DNA from: Gracilinanus agilis
Taxonomy: Eukaryota
Assembly: GCF_016433145.1 (NCBI RefSeq)
Contig: NC_058132.1
Span: forward strand, 346,083,751-346,147,750
Direction: 5' to 3'
DNA: 64,000 bases
Shown here: positions 61,234 through 64,000 of the stretch, piece by piece
Position numbering within the stretch: the stretch's first letter is position 1
Layout of the letters: every line of letters starts with the position of its first letter
Translations under genes and position numbers: made by a program
The notes under the pieces: model-generated
Database searches by the model: none
Seen by the model: the letters and a program-made list of their open reading frames with translations, nothing else
What the model was told of the DNA's origin: nothing

Positions 61234-62975
61234 GTAATGGCCGATTTGCTATGTTCTTTCTCTTGGAAGGCTCAAGTTGAAGATGTTATGGTTATTTGAA
61301 ACGTCAAAATATAATTTAACTTCACCAGCATAAAGTTTGGCATGCTTTTTAAAATGATTTTCTTGTTGCATGATGTATAAAGGAGAAGTATTCTCCTCAA
61401 ACATTGTTAGAATGTCTATTTTGAGAGAATTTTCTGTTTCCCCACTTTTTCTAGCATGTGTTGATTGATAGTTAACAGAAAGTTCCCCAAATTGCTTAAT
61501 TTTCAAATTATAACTCTTTTTGCAATGATTGAGTTGAAATTGTTTCTAACCTAAAAACTTTTTAATTCCATTTGAAGAGTTTGATTAAAAAATTACTTTG
61601 TATTTGTTTAAAGCTTGACTTAAAATTTAAAACCATTTACCAACTTTAGACTTTACAGATAATTAGTCCTAAAGATTATAATCTTTATAAATTTTTTAGA
61701 AGTCATCCTATAAGGATAAGTTTTATTTTCTGTTTGAATGTATTGTCATTGACATCTTAGTCTGTTTGCCAGTTGATATTTGTTGGATAGTAACCAGACC
61801 TGGAAATTTTTTGACCTAAAAATTCTGCCTCTTAGTTCCAAAAGAATTTGGTCAAAGGATTCAACCCTAAAAAATGATTCAAATCCTTTTTGTTAGCCTC
61901 AATTTTTATATTGGTTCTTATGAGCAACAATTCACTGAATATTTGATGTTAATGTAAACATAGGTAGGTAAATTGTCTATAAGGAGGAAGGTTGTTTTTC
62001 TTTCTAGATGCATTGAGAATCTATCCAGAATTTTTCCTTGGGAGGAAGAGTTCAGAGAAACCCTGGTTCCAAAAATTTGGATATTTGTAAAATGCTATGT
62101 ATATATTACATATATACATAGATATATTTACTTGTTTAAATTGGCCATGGAATTACTGTGTTGTCTAATTGATTCCTAGAAAGAACACAGAGTTAATGGA
62201 TATTCATTTAGAATCAAAGTAATTAGTCTTAGCATTGTAGAAAGTCTAAGGAAACAAATGATATTCCTTGATGTTTGTAGAGAGTCAATCTAACTTCAGA
62301 AGCCTTGGAACAAGGGAATGTGCAAGCCATTCAATTTAATCTTTCATCTAAAAGACCTTGGAGCAAATTGTATTTTAGAAGAATGACTGCTTGCTTCTGC
62401 CCTGGCTTATGATCCTGAGCTGAATTAGTTTTATGTGATGTAAGTAAGAAGCTTGTAGAGAGAAGCACCTAAGGATGTAACTAGAAATGTTATATCTTTG
62501 TATTTACCTTGGAAAGAAAGTAAATAATTTTTTTAATTGAACATTTAATGACTGGAACATCTTGCACATAAGAATATCCCTGTGCTATGGTATTCAACCT
62601 TACAATCTGGTGATTGTGAACTCAACAGTGAAGATTTCTCTTAGGAGCTTTAGAACCCGATCTTCTTATCCTAAAACTAATTTTAGCCATTTGAAAGGCA
62701 GACTTTGTCTCCTTAAGTAGCTTAGGCCACTTCCTGTATAGAAAGGAAATGAGGCGGCCCTAGATCATGGAGAGTTTAACCAAAGAAAAGCTAATGGATT
62801 TATTCAACAGTTGCCACCACATGCGTATTTCATATTGAAATGAAGACAGATGACGTATTGGAAAATATGACTACTCTTAAATTGCGTTTGGAAAATTGTT
62901 TCAGAAATAGAAAAGTGTAAAAAGCTATGTTTATGAACACAAATGTGTTACGTAATAGAAAGAAAGTTAATTTCA

Positions 62976-63180
62976 GGGGACAACTGAGTGGCTCAGTGGA
63001 TTGAGAGCCAGGTCTAGAGATAGGAGGTCCTAGATTCAAATATGGCCTCATACACGTCCTACCTGTGTGACCCTGGGCAAGTCACTTAACCCCCATTACC
63101 TGCCCTTATACCCTTTTGCCTTGGAACTAATACACTGTATTGATTCTAAGGTGGAAGATAAGGGTTAAAAAAACAAAAAA
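62976..63180 (+). mobile_element. SINE1_Mdo-like SINE
   Basis: Full head, CORE, tail and A-rich end. AAAGTTAATTTCAG / AATGTTAATTTCAG flanks resemble a TSD. Confidence 0.88.
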
Positions 63181-64000
63181 GAATGTTAATTTCAGAATCA
63201 AAAGGCATTTATTTATTAGGCATAATCTGGGAATGACACTTAACCCACCTAGGTCTCAACTTCTCTCATTTACAAAAGAGAAGTATTCATATTTGTACCA
63301 TCCCTTTCTCAGAGTAGGGGGATGTGTTTTATAAACTGTAAAATAATATGTAAAAGTGGGTTATCTTAATAATGATACTAATAGATTAGCTATCTTTTTT
63401 TATCTTTTTGTGGGGAAATTTGCATGGTTAGAATCAATCTAGCTGGTATTTTTTCTGTGTGATCAACACAAGATGAAATAATGGACATTTGGTAGGTACA
63501 CTACCTAATGGCAAAGTTTTCCATTACGAGAGATTGTCTTATGCCCCATTATCATTTTATTGTGTCTTTACTCCCCTTTACCTAATGCCAACCTTCTGGA
63601 ATGTTTGGTGTCACTTCAGAACTTTTGGTTTATGGTTTCAATATTTATTCAACTTTTTACTGCCCCCAGGACACATTGCTGCTGGTGGCAATATTTCCAT
63701 AATCCAGATGCAAGGCAGATGTTGGCTTGTGGTCCAGATTCTAACCATGTCGTATTCATTTCTTATTTATAAAAATGATGTAACTATTACATCAGTGGAA
63801 CTTAAGAAAATTAACTAATAAAGTAGGTCATTCTCAAAGAGCAAACTTATTTTAAAAAGTCAAGTCTGGATTCAGTTAGTTCACTTTCCTCTCTGATTCT
63901 TTATTGCCATCAGTCATAGATTAAGATATCTAGATTTTGTTCCCAGATTTTTAATGTTGCTTTCTTACTTATTCTGAATCCTTTATTAGAATCAAACCCA

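Noticed and set aside
63489-63818. Possible next TMEM39A exon near the right edge
   Set aside because: No frame resembles the expected ...LLTLCGWVLCWTLVNLF... sequence, so the next exon lies beyond the window.

Overview
Eukaryotic, AT-rich, repeat-dense mammalian DNA. The SINE, MAR1, RTE and L1 types point to a marsupial, most likely a didelphid opossum (Monodelphis-like); this is inference. The window holds the conserved TIMMDC1-POGLUT1-TMEM39A block. TIMMDC1 (minus) is represented by its first coding exon and promoter. POGLUT1 (minus) is complete: 11 coding exons, 7820-30204, 1176 nt, 391 aa, ending KTEL. TMEM39A (plus) contributes its first three coding exons and runs off the right edge. 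Nearly all ORFs in the supplied track are spurious or are single exons. The standout is an uninterrupted 491-codon ORF (43391-44866, minus) encoding an RTE-clade LINE apurinic-like endonuclease plus tether but no reverse transcriptase. It has a good Kozak ATG and its CpG-rich 5' end merges with the TMEM39A CpG island, head-to-head. It is a candidate domesticated retrotransposon endonuclease gene, possibly also spliceable in frame to POGLUT1 exon 2. Other notable items are a near-perfect 164-bp inverted repeat in a TIMMDC1 intron, several hAT MITEs with intact TIRs and TSDs, a 5'-inverted L1 and a nested solo LTR. Repeat family names come from recalled consensus features, not a database search.
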